Source: Callorhinchus milii
Taxonomy: Eukaryota
Length of the DNA stretch: 64,000 nucleotides
Reading direction: 5' to 3'
Assembly (NCBI RefSeq): GCF_018977255.1
Contig: NW_024704743.1
Coordinates: 3,164,001-3,228,000, forward strand
Shown here: in pieces, positions 35,441 through 47,600 of the stretch
Layout of the letters: every line of letters begins with the position of its first letter
How positions within the stretch are numbered: the stretch's first letter is position 1
The notes under the pieces: model-generated
The model's database searches: none
Seen by the model: the letters and a program-made list of their open reading frames with translations, nothing else
Told to the model about the DNA's origin: nothing
Position numbers and translations under genes: made by a program

Positions 35441-35550
35441 CACCACCCCCCCCCCCCCCCACCACCAACCCCATCCACCCTACCCCCGAGGAGGTGTAAT
35501 GTGGGGTAGGTGAGAGGCAGACACCAGATGTAAACGTGGAATACAATAGT

Positions 35551-38500
35551 TTAATTACACATTGACCTGAATTCGCATTGTGATATTGCGGTGTCGTCCT
35601 GCAGCCAGATGGGAGGCTTATGTCTTATGATGTGTTTGTCAGACTTGTCGAGGTGGTCGAAATAATTTAAATTCAGCTTGCTCGCCATTCGCTTTCCCAG
35701 CCTCTCCAGCTTCTAACAGCAACAACAACAACAACAATTACATTCGTATAATGGCTTTCACGTTAGTGCTGGACAGTCAGGGACCCAAGCTGGGGGTTTC
35801 TGAACAAGAGGGATGGAGGGCTGGGAGGGTAGGGATAGGAGGGCGACCGCAGTCACGGTCGAAGAGGAAGATCTTGAGTCGCGCCTTGAAGGAGGCAAAG
35901 AGAGGGCGCGAGGCGGAGGCACTCCGAGATGGAGTTCCAAAAAGATGGGGGCAGAGAGGCTGAAGGCCCGACCGCCAATGGGGGACGTGGAGCAGGCCGG
36001 AGCCCGCTGAGTGTAAGGAGCGGACAGGTCCGTATGGAGTTAGCAGGTGACAGAGGTAGGGAGGAACAAGGGCTGGAGGGCTATGAAAGCAAGGACAAGG
36101 GTTCTGATTAGACAGAAGTGGTTTCCGATTAGATTTTTCTCCCTATTTAGTGCGTCTATAACTACAGTTGGCTGCCGCATTTCTCCCACACAAAAAAAAC
36201 AGTGACTTCACTTTACCGTATGTTCTGCAAAGCGCTTTGCGACGTGTCGAAGACGGGGATAAGGCGCTATATCAAACGCAAGGCTTATTATTATTATTAT
36301 TAGACTGTTGTCTCTGCTGTGAGTACCTCAGGTGCCTCTGAGAAGCGAATGCCAGTCAGGTCTTGGTGCTCGATATTTTCACCATTGAGGATCAGTTTGT
36401 ACAGGAGCTCCCCGTAGCCTGGAACCAGAGACCAGATAGGGTTAGCGCACACCATTCAAAGAATCATAGAATATTACAGCATAGGAGGAGGCCATTCGGC
36501 CCATGGTGCCTGTGCCAGCTCTTTGGAAGAGCTACCCAATCGGTCCCACTCCCCCGCTCTTTCCCCATATCCTTGCAAGTATTTCCCCTTCAACTTTTTC
36601 CTCTTCCTCTTTGGATAATTATTTGGGGAGGACAAGCTTGCAGGGCTAGGGGGGGGGGAGAGCGGGGGAGTGGGATTGAATTGGATAGCTCTTTTCAAAG
36701 TGCAGGCCCAGACACGATGGGCCGAATGGCCTCCTTCTGTGCTGTATAATTCTATGATTCTATGAAGTACCTATCCAATTATCTTTTGAAAGTTGTCAAT
36801 GAATCTGTTTCCATCATCCTTTCAGGCTGTGTATTCCAGACCGTAACAACTCTCCGTGTGAAAAAAAATGTCTCCTCATCTCCCCTCAACAACAACAACA
36901 ACAACAACAACAACAAGATTCCATTTATAAAGCGCCTTTCACGTCAGGAGGACGTCCCAAGGCGCTGCACAGTTGGGTCATGACCCGAGCAGGGGGGAAA
37001 TGGTCAGGGTGAGGGGAGGGAAGGGAGGGAGCGAGGAGGGGGGAAATGGTCAGGATGAGGGGAGGGAAGGGAGGGAGCGAGGAGGGGGAAGAGAGTCGAG
37101 AGGGGAGCTGAAGGCTCGGTCAAAGAGAAAGGTTTTGAGACCGGCCTTGAAGGAGGAAAGGGAGGAAGCGGCGAAGGCACTGGGGGATGGAGTTCCAGAG
37201 CCTGGGAGCTGAGAGGCTGAAGGCCCGACCACCGATGGTAGGGCGGTTGGGGCGGGGGACGTGGAGCAGACCAGAGCCAGAGGAACGGAGGGTACGGGCA
37301 GGTAGGTAGGGGATAGTAGGTTGGAGAGGTAGGAGGGAGCAAGGCCGTGAATGGCCTTGTAGGTGAGGATGAGGATCTTGAAATCAATCCTCTGGGGGAT
37401 GGGGAGCCAGTGGAGGCGAGCGAGGGTGGGAGTGATGTGGTCGCCGAAGCCTGGTGCGGGACAGTACACGAGCTGCGGAGTTCTGAATGACCTGCAGCTT
37501 GTGGAGGGAGGTGGCTCTGGTTCTTTTGCCAATTATCTTGAATCAACGTCCTCAGGTTACACCCCAGCAATTCCACCCCACCTCAACAACAACAACTTGC
37601 ATTTATATAGCGGGTGACGTCCTGGAGCGCTTGAAAGTGACGGAGCACGACCCCGAGCCAGGGGGGAGAGGGAGAGGGGAGGTGACGTTAGGCACAGTCA
37701 AAGAGAAAGGTCTTCAGGCATGATCTGATGATGGGGAAGGAAGGGGCAAGGCAAAGGGATGGAGGAAAAGTGCTCCAGAGTTTCGCGGCGTCGTGTCTTA
37801 AAGCGTGGCCACCAATGGTGGATCGGAGGACAAGAAGGACATGCAGGAGGCTGGAGCCAGGCAGATGCTGAGGTGAATATGTGACCTGGTCTCAAAGAAG
37901 GATGCGCTGGGAATACAGTTCAGGTTGCTCTGATCCCAAGTCTCCAAACCAGACCCACATGTGTAAGGAATGAAATGGCCACACACACACTCTCTCTCTC
38001 TCTCTCTCTCTCACCCTGGAGCAACACATCCCGCTCACCTAATTCCTGAGAATATTCAGCGCAAGTTAGTGAGAGCCAAGGCTTGGGGACCCCGGAGTGT
38101 GCGTTGGGGTAACTGCTGGAGTCTAACCAGCTAAAACCGCACAGCTAGCCATTGAGAGCGCTGTATGGAAGCTTTCCCACTGCTTGTCCAGCTAGGACCA
38201 CCCTACCCATTCGGGATTTGCTGGCAGGGTTAACAGGAGCTGAGTGGGATGACTCTTTGCTCCAAGTGACCAGTGCGTTAGGTCCTGTAGCTCAGTGATT
38301 AGAGCATTCGTCTTGCAAGTGAGAGGATCTGGGTTCAATTCCCAGGCAGGGCAAAAAGTTAGGCAAGTTACCTTACCCCACACGCCTCTGTTTACCTAGC
38401 AATAAGTAGGAACCCCCATTGCAATCCACGACGGTTTGTGGGGACGCTGCCGTGCGCAATTGGCTGCCGCGTTTCGCCCACAAAATGCACAGTCAATTCA

Positions 38501-40458
38501 CTTTGCGGCGTATTTTGTGAAGCGCTTTGAGACGTGAGAAGGCGCTGTATGAAATGCAAGGATTATTTATCGTTATTTTACCTACCATTCTTCTGGGCTT
38601 TGAGCCGGATGTAGATATTATACAGTGGGCCCTGGAAATGTAAGTGGCCAGAGATGTAAAACTTGTACATCCCCATGTTCATATCCAACACCAAGTATCG
38701 TTTGCCAATGGAGGAGAAGATCATCCACAAAGCCAGGATGAGCAGCAAGATGAAGAACCCAGAAAACTGTTGGTGGTCCTACAACAACGACAACAACAAC
38801 AGCAAGAAGAAGAAGAAGAACAACAACATCAATCCAAATTCACAACTAATCTGGGAAACACCATTTCGGTGAGCGAGCGAATGGTAAATGTATGGAACAG
38901 GCGGCCTAGCGAGATATTTTCGGATACAGTGTACGAGCAACAACAACTTGCATTGACGTGGCGCCCCTCACACGGTCGTAGCGTCCCCAGAGCGCTTGAC
39001 AGTGGGAGAGCGCGACGTCGAGCTGGGAGGTGACCGTAGCCACGTGCGAATGGGAAGGTCTTCAGGCGCGACCCGAAGATGGGGAAGGAAGGGGCGAGGC
39101 GGAGGGTGAGGGGGGAAAAGGTTCCAGAGATTCGGGGCTTAGCGGCTGAAAGTGCGGCCACCAATGGTGGAACAAAGGGCACAAGGGACACCCAGAAGGT
39201 CGGAGCCAGTTGAGCGGGTTGTGGGTTGAGGGGGGGTTAAGCAGGTCGGAGAGGTAGGGAAGTGTCAGGGCATGAAAGGATTTGAAAACGAGCGTGAGGA
39301 TCTTGAATTGAGATCCATTCGGCGATGGGGAGCCAGTGGAGCCTAACGAGGACTGGTGTGATGGGGGGTACAGAGTTGGGTGAGGATACAGGCGGGGGAG
39401 CGTTGTGATGGGGGTGTACCTGGGTGAGGTGCACTCGGTATAAAATGAATCCGACAATAACGATGAGGAAGAGAATCAGCCCTTTCCACAAATCCGCGTG
39501 AACATAGCTCATCACGAAGACTATCGTGTCAGAGCAGAGAAGGAGAGCGAGAGAAAGGGAGAGACAGAGAACACGACGTTAGTCACAGCGCTTACACAGT
39601 GGCTTTCACGCAAACCACGCAACCTGGGAATCCCGTAGTTCAGCGGTTTAGACCACCCGCCTCGCGAGCGAGAGGACCGGGGGTTCGATTCCTGGGCAGG
39701 GAGAAATGTTGGGCAAGTTTCCTTACTCCACACGCCTCTGGTCACTTAGCAGTCAGTAGTCACCCCGGTTGTGAGTCAATTGGAGGATCGCTTTCCAGGG
39801 GTAATAATCCCTTCCAAACAAAATGTGTCACGCAATCCACGGCTGTTTGCGGGGACGCTGCTGCGCGCAATTGGCTGCCGCGTTTCGCCCACAAAGCACA
39901 CAGTCACTGCACTTTACAGCATATCCTGCCAAGCGCTTTGAGACGTCTCGAAGACGTGATGAGGTTCTGAATCAGATGCAAGGATTATCTTTATTATAAC
40001 ATCTCATCTGAAGGAGGCGTCTCTGACAGTGCAGTGCTTTCTTCCCCCCCCCACCCTCCTCATCCCCGCGCCCCCACCACACCCACCCCCCCCTCCCACA
40101 TCCACCCATACCCCCAGCACTGTGCTGGAGCATCTGCCTCGACTGTGAGCTCAAAGCCCTTGACTTAGTGGGTCAAACCCATAACAACGACTTGCATTTA
40201 TACAGCACCCCCTCAAGCGGGAGTAACGTCCCAGTGATTAAAGAGCATTGGGCTGATACCTGCTTCTGTTCTTGTATCCCCACCATTGTTTAACCCTCTC
40301 TGTAACCCCCCGCACCCCCCCCCCCACCACCCCCCGCCCACCCGACCCACCTCACCATTAGGCTGATTGCAGGTGAAGGGATGATACGGGTTCATCTTCA
40401 GCTTCTTGTGAAGAATATCCTCGGTTTTGGGTAAAGTGATGGCCCAAGTGTTAAACAT
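35551..40458 (-). CDS. TMEM249: Transmembrane protein 249 (CatSper auxiliary subunit theta); exons 40458-40356, 39520-39420, 38778-38586, 36418-36327, 35712-35551; about 216 aa
   Basis: Spliced translation: MFNTWAITLPKTEDILHKKLKMNPYHPFTCNQPN/VFVMSYVHADLWKGLILFLIVIVGFILYRVHLTQ/DHQQFSGFFILLLILALWMIFSSIGKRYLVLDMNMGMYKFYISGHLHFQGPLYNIYIRLKAQKN/GYGELLYKLILNGENIEHQDLTGIRFSEAPE/KLERLGKRMASKLNLNYFDHLDKSDKHIIRHKPP...MCN*. All introns are GT-AG with matching phases; two TM segments. Recalled human motifs YPF, LWKG, QGPL..YVRL and KLNINYFD..RHVVRH align. The N-terminus is uncertain. Confidence 0.9.
36888..37510 (-). mobile_element. L2 LINE 3' fragment (young subfamily) in TMEM249 intron
   Basis: Near-identical to 9000-9535 and 52965-53410; (CAA)n tail on the + strand. 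Confidence 0.85.
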
Positions 40459-41096
40459 CTCAGGGAGCACAGAGTGGGGGCTGACACACAGCCCCCCCAC
40501 CACCCCACCCCACCCCACCCACCTCTCTCTCCTCACCCCGCCCTCCTCTCTCCCTCAACCCCCCCCCTCGTTCCTCTCCTCACACCTCCGCCCCCCCCCA
40601 CTCTCCTCACCCCGTCCTCCCTCTCTCCTCACCCCCCTCTCTCCTCACACCTCCCCCCCTTCCTCTCTCCTCACTTCCTCTCTCCTTACACCCCCTCTCT
40701 CCTCACACCTCCCCCCCTCCCTCTCTCCTCACCCCCTCTCTCCTCACCCCCCACTCTACTCACCCCCCCCAATCTCTTCACACCTCCCCCTCTCTCTCCT
40801 CAACCCCTCTCTCCTCACACCTCCACCCCCACCACCCTCTCCTTCCCCCTCCGCCTCCCCCTATAGTCTCCCTCCACAACACCCCTCACTCACAGCCCGC
40901 ACGCCGCTCTCTCGCACCACCTCCCCTCTGCCCTCCCTGGCTCAGTGTCGTCGTTCCCCCACCTCCCCACCCACCCCTCCCCCGAAGAAAGCGAGGAATT
41001 TTCGTACCGATGGAACCAATGCTCAGCTCAGCATCACACACAGCCTCTGTGACACTGAATCAGAAGGTTGTGGGTTCAAGACCCCACGTCGGGACT

Positions 41097-41625
41097 TATA
41101 GAACAGAATCATAGAACATTACAGCACAGAAGGAGGCCATTCGGCCCATTGTGCCTGGGCCGGCTCCTTGGAAGACCCACCCAGCTCAGTCCCACTCCCC
41201 CGCTCTTTCCCCCATATCCTATCTAATTCACTTTTGATAGTTGTTATTGAATCTGTTTCCACCGCCTTTTCAGGCAGTGCATTCCAGACCGTAACAACCC
41301 CCCGTGCGTGTGTGTAAAAAAAAAGATGTCTCCTCATCTCCCCTCTGGTTCTGGCTACCAGCTCACCTCCCAGTGGAAACAGTTTCTCCCTGTCTGCTCT
41401 ATCAAAACCCCTCATAATTTTGAATATCTCTATTAAATCTCCCCGTACCCTTCGCTGCTCCAAGGAGAACAATCCCAGCTTCTCTCGTCTCCCCACATAA
41501 CTAACGTCCCTCATCCCTGGTACCATTCTGGTACATCACCTCTGCACTCTCTCAGGGCTTTGATATTCATCCTATCGTGCAGTGCCCAGAATCGGACACA
41601 ATATTCCAGCTGAGGCCTAACCTGT
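41097..41625 (-). mobile_element. CR1 LINE 3' end inserted into a DeuSINE
   Basis: LGLFSLEQRRVRGDLIEIFKIMRGFDR..WNALPEKAVE peptide and CR1 tail GGGCCGAATGGCCTCCTTCTGTGCTGTAA..(TTCTATGA). Similar tails at about 1560-1780, 14925-15160, 36460-36880 and 51565-51770. Confidence 0.85.
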
Positions 41626-41819
41626 GACTTGGAATCACGTAGTCTAAGCTGACGCTCCAGCACAGTGCCGGGGGGGGCGGAGGGTGGAGGTGGGGGGTGG
41701 GGGGAGGAGGCTGTTGGAGGTGCCGTCTTTCATGTGAGATGTTAAACCAAGGTCCCATCTGCCTGTTCAGGTGGACGTTAAAGATCTCCCGTGACGTTAT
41801 TGGAAAAGAAATGGGAGTT

Positions 41820-41860
<41 letters not shown>

Positions 41861-43979
41861 CCTGGCCAACAATCCTGGTGCGCAAACTGGCAATCGCCTT
41901 TCGCTCACAAAATACAAAGTCAATCCTCATCCCCCGTCACCCTCTCTCTTTCCTCATGCCTTCTCTCTCCTCATACCTCCCCACCTCTCCTCAACCCCCC
42001 CTCTCTCTCTCTCCTCACCCACCCCCTCCCCCCCAACCCCCTCGTATATCCCCGTAAAATGAAACGTTTTGAGACGTCTCAACGTAGTCTAAGCTGACGC
42101 TCCAATGGGGCGCTGGAGGTCGTTACATCGTTGGAGGTGCCGTCCTTCAGGTGAGACACTAAACCAAGGTCCCTGTTCAGGTGGATGTTAAAGATCCAAT
42201 GGCGGTATCGGAAAAGAATCGATAGTTTCTCTCTCCCAATGTCCCGTGGATTGAGTGACCAATTTTATCAGGGGAATTGTTGGCCAGGACACCGAGAGAG
42301 AGAGAAACTCCCTTATCTTTTCCGAAGGTGCCATGAGATCTTGAGCACCTTTCATTTTTTTTTAAAAGGAATAATTATCCCCGGAAAAGCGATCCACCGA
42401 TCGACTAACAACTGGGTTCCTACATACTGCGAGGTAAACAGAGTTGCGTTGGAGTAAGGAAACTTTCTCTAACGTTTCAGTCTGTCTGGGAATCGAACCC
42501 ACGCTAACCACTCTGCTACAGGACTCCACTGGCAGAACAGGTTTGAGGGGCTGATTGGCCTAGACCTGTTCCTATCTACCCCACAGCACTGCTCCAGAGG
42601 CTTGGATTATATGAGTTTGAGCCTCAACGTGAGACTTAAACCCTCAACCTTTGGACTCAGAGACTGACCGCAGTCCCGTGCTGCCCGCAATCTTCTAATA
42701 TTATTGCGTATAATCCGCGTTTTTATTTTATTTTTAGGCAGGTACAGGGTGGACTAAGCCGTGGGTGCGCCTCGCTGGCTCAGCCACCGCCAGATAAAGG
42801 GAAGGTTTGATATCCAACCGAGCCTGAGAATAAAGGCTGCAGTTCACGGTTTTTATAGCTAAACTCTATCAGCACCTTTGCCACTGCATTTCTGCCAGTA
42901 CAAAATGCGGCAGCCAATTCCGCGCAGCAGTGTCCCACAAACAGCCGTGGATTGAGTGAGCGCATTTTTTCTTTTTTTGCATTGAGGGGATTATTACCGG
43001 CGGAAAGCGATCCACCTTGCCTGAGGTTTGGTGTGCACGCTCTCTTCCTGGAGGCGCTACATCAAATGCAAGGTTCATTCTTATTCTTATTCTGATGATG
43101 AAAACATGCACTCGCTCGCTTCCTGGAGGGACGCATCCTGTTTACCTAATTCCGGAAATTGTTAGGCGCAGGTTGGCAAGAGCCAAGGCTTGGGAACCCC
43201 AGGGTATGCGTCTGGGTAACTGTTGGGAGTCTAACCAGCTAAAACCACATTGAGAACGTTGTCTGGCCGGCTTTCCCACCGCTTGTCCAGCTAGGAACAC
43301 CCAATCCATTAGCGCTTTGGCTTGCAGGTTTAACAGTAGTTGAGTGGTAGGATTCCCTTTCCTCTCGTGGGGCTGTTTGCTGATCAGGGAGGTGAGATAT
43401 GGAGACATGGAAAATTCGATTGCTTTATGGTGGTGGGAGGTGAAAGGCTGATGTGCACCAGGAAATGACCTTCAAAATCAATGTGCTGTTACTAATCACA
43501 CCCAGGATTAGTGGGTGTAAAAGGCAAAGTTACACAACGGATGTGATAACACGTTGATTTATTAACCTATCCTCCTTGGGGTGAGGGGAGGTAAGAAGGG
43601 TCTCCTTGGAGCTGAACTGACTCCAAGGTGGCACGCCTGGCAAGGGGACGTCGGGATCGAGCCAACCCTCTGTGACGATTTCTAGTCTGGGTTTGCAGTA
43701 TTCCAGGGCACTCACTGCTGACGACAGCACAGCCCGGCCTGGCTCATCGGCAGGACCAGGAAGGGCAGACCAGTCACTAGGGGGGGCAGGGAATCCCCAG
43801 AGCTTGTTGGGACGCTGTTGTGCGCAATTGGCTCTCACGTTTCGCCCCCAAAATATACAGTCAATCCACTTGACAGTATATCCTGCGAAGCGTTTTGAGA
43901 CGTCTCGAAGACGTGATGAGGCATTATATCAAATGCAAGAATTATTATTATTATTGTTATTATTATGATGATGAAACAG

Positions 43980-44510
43980 GTGCTTGGAGCCAGGAGGGAA
44001 CGGCACAGATTGCGGCTTTTTGCATATGCCGAACGCTTTATCAGCAATAACCTTACAAACTGTTTGTTCAGCATAATTTATTAAAAGGAAGGCAGGTGAC
44101 CATGGGCTTGAAGGCAAGGTCGGGTGTGGGGGAGGGGAGGCCTCAGCAAGACTGTTTTCTTTAGATTTAACATTAAAAAGTCCAGAGTGAGTGAGCGAGG
44201 GAGAGAGTGCGCGGGGAGAGGAGCGAAGAGGAGAAGGGGAGGGGAAATGGGGAAACGTGATGGGAATAATAATAATTGGGTGGTGGGTGGTTGAACGGGT
44301 GGGTGGGCGGGCGGGCGACCGAGCGAGTGAGTGAGCGAGCGAGCGAGTATGTGTGTGTGTGGGTATGTATGTGTGCACCAGGGAATTCTGCCATGGTCTG
44401 TCTGTGTGTCTGTCTGTCTGTCTGTCTGTCTGCCTGGCTGGATTAGCGCGTTCCTTATCACATTGCTGAGCAACCAATCCTGATATGGCACCCGCTAACA
44501 TATAAGGTAT
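43980..44510 (+). promoter_or_regulatory. Putative SLC39A4 promoter/proximal enhancer
   Basis: GATA motifs (TTATCA about 44038 and 44455), HNF1-like TAATTTATTAA (about 44074), CCAAT (about 44474) and TATA-like CATATAAG (about 44499) in non-SINE sequence upstream of exon 1. Confidence 0.35.
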
Positions 44511-44643
44511 TCATTGCCCTGCGGGACGAACGGAACGGAGAACACTTCACTGGGGACAGACTAGACGTGATCGCAAACACTCACATATGAACAACATTGT
44601 TTGTGCCTGTGACCTGCTCTGTGGAAAGCTCAGCGGGCGGGCC

Positions 44644-47600
44644 ATGTGCGGCGTGAGCTCACTTTTGCTGCCCTTCTTCTGGCTGGCGCTGGGGGTGGGG
44701 GGCTACGGGGGGGAAGGGGAGGGGACCGCCGGCTTCCTCTCCGAGCAGGAGATCCTCACCACGATGGTCCGCGTGCTGGAGCCGGGAGGAGAGACGCTGA
44801 GCCCAGCCGCCGTGACCTCTTTAATACACCTGTTCCAGGAACGTGTGCAGTGTCGCGGAGTGTCGTGTGGAAAGGTAAAGCCTGTCTGTGCCGGGCACAG
44901 ACCCAGCCGCTGCAGCTCCCAGCGCAGGCTGAGCGAGGGAGCACAGCACTGCCCTCTCCAGGTATCTCCGTATGCACACAGCCCACAAGACGGGGAAGTC
45001 CTCTAGCGTAGTGGTCAGCACGCTCGCCTCGCCAGCGAGAGGACCCGGGTTCGATTCCCAGCCGGGGCGAAACCTTAGGGCAACGACAACTTGTATTGAT
45101 ATAAGTCGCCTTGACCCGGGGTAGCGTCCCGGAGCGCTTGGCGGTGGCGGAGTCAGACCCCGAGCCAGGGGGAAGGGGGGGGGGGGGTGGAGGTGACCGT
45201 TAGGCGGGATTTGAAAGACGGAGAGAGGGGGCCAGGCGGAAAGATTGAGGGAGAAAGTTCCAGAGTTTGGGGGCTTAGTGGCTGAAGGCACGGCCACCTT
45301 ACTCCACCCGTCTACCTAGCAGTGAGTCGGAACCCGGTTGTTACTCGATTGGCGGATCGCTTTTCCAGGGGGTAATAATTCCTTAAAAAAATAATAAGTT
45401 GGTCACTCCAATGCAGAACTGTTTGTGTGGGATGCTGCTGTGCGCAATTGGCTGCCGTGTTGCGCCCGAAAATATACGGTCAATTTCACTTCACAGTATG
45501 TTCCGTGAAGTGCTTTGAGACGTCTCGAAGAAGGGATAAGGACCTGTATCAAATGCAAAGATTATATTATCTTCAGCCTTTCTGTCCCCAATCATCTGGA
45601 ATTCCATTCTCGCCCCATCCTTTGCCTCCATCAAGGCCCATCTCAAGATCCTCCTCTTTGGCCGTGCCTTCGGCCACCATCCTACCCCGACCCTCCCTGC
45701 AATTTTGTTGTTGTTATTTTAGTCCGTAATCTCGGTTTTAGCTTCAAATGGCAATGGCGATGGATCTCACCTACCTGACACCCGCCACCCCAACACCCCC
45801 CACCCCCACTCCTCCACTCGCCATCCAGATCTAAAGTCCTGGGTCAGAAGATTGTGGGTCCAAACCCCACGTCAGGACTTTCAGCTCACACACACGAACC
45901 TCCCTACCTCCTTTACACCAGTACAGCAATGTCCCACAAACAGTCGTGGACTGAGTGACCAAACTATTAGTTTGGTACAAAAATGTATTTATTTGTTCTT
46001 ATTTTTGAAGCCATCCGCCAATCAACTAACTTGCCCGGGTAAGTTACTTACTGGTGGGTAAACAGGGGCGTGCGGAGTAAGGAAACTTACCTAATGCTTC
46101 GTCCTGCTCGGGAATCAAACTCAGGTCCTCTCGCTTGCAAGGTGAGAGCTCAAAACCACTGAGCTACAGGACTCCTCAGCTACATGCTGTTGTTGTTGTT
46201 GTTGTTTGACCTCAGTGCGTCTCAGCGAGTGACGTATTCGGCTTGGCCGGGAGGAGCAGCACTGAGGCTAACGCTGCGTTGACCTTGGAAGACCTTTCCC
46301 ATGTGTGGCCGGGGCTCCTGTACCTGCTGACGGACCCCCAGGGCGCCTGCAGGACTATCGGGGCGGGCACATGGCCGGAGGTCAGCAGGACCTTCCGAGC
46401 CAGCCTGGCCACCCAGCCCGGCAAGCAGCTCAGTCCCCGCTCGTGTCCTCTGGCAGCCGTGGTGCAGGAGGTGGAGAGGAACTACCTGGCGCAGGATAAA
46501 GACCAGGTAATATTAACAACGGCTTGTATTCAATGATAATATTAATATTATTAATAATAATCCTCGCCGAGACGTCGCAAAGCGCTTCGCTGGATGTACA
46601 TGTAAAGGGTAGTGACTGTGTTTTGTGGGGTAGGCTGACGCTTCAACGCAGTGCTGCGGATATGTTGCATTGTCAGAAGGTGACGTCCTTCGGATGAGAT
46701 GTTAGACCTAACTCCCTTCTGTGCCCAGTTGATGTTAAAAGGCAGTTTCTCTCCCAGTGTCCTGGCCAGCAATCCCCCAGGTATAATTGGCCACCGCGAG
46801 GCTGTTTGTGGGTCACATTGCTGTGCGTGCAATTTGCTGCCACAATTCACCCACAATTAACACAGTGATTGCATTTTGCAATAAATGCTGTGGGACGCCT
46901 TGAGATGCCTGGAAGAGGTGATAAGGCGCTGTATGAAACGTAAGGATCATTGTTTTATTGTGTATCATGGTTTGCAGGGTGCTGGCAGCTGGCCTTGGAT
47001 TAACACACCTCAATCGGACTGCAAACTTGCAGAGTCAGAGCAATAGCGGCGCATAGATCATAGCATCATAGACTATTACAGCACAGAAGGAGACCATTTT
47101 TCTTTCAGCGCACTGAGCAACAGCTGAAACCTGTGGAAGAATGATGATAATTGTGTTTAGAAGTACTTAATTGTATTCAGTACAAGTGTTTGACTGTATT
47201 TAGACGTCCAGAGGATCGGTGTGTGTGAGCGCCATCATTTTCATAGCAGATAATGATCCGTCTCCATGTTCCCTGCCACATCTTCAGTGACACGGATGGA
47301 GTCGGTGAGGAGGAAGTTACTGGTTACGCATTGTTACACTCGCCTCATCTGCAGCAGAAAATAAATTCATTGCGTGACAAACGAACGGGGGCGGGGGGGG
47401 GGGGGTGGTGGTGGAGAACAGGTCATAAGAACATGACAATTTGCTGGCGAAAGAGGACCACGGTCCATCTCGTTCGCCTCCCACCATCCTGGCAGTCGCT
47501 TGACGTGTCGTGTCCCAAACTATATACTGTAACCCAGAGATATTATTTTCTAGCGGAAATCGATCTCATTTGTTCTGGAAACAAACAACACTTTCTGCTT

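Noticed and set aside
38644..39033. Plus-strand Q/E-rich 129-aa ORF
   Set aside because: Antisense of TMEM249 exon 3 plus CAA/GAA microsatellites.
47137..47302. C/D-box snoRNA or scaRNA (starts with ATGATGA)
   Set aside because: No convincing terminal CTGA D-box or stem, and the second copy is intergenic inside inverted repeats. An Rfam search would settle it.
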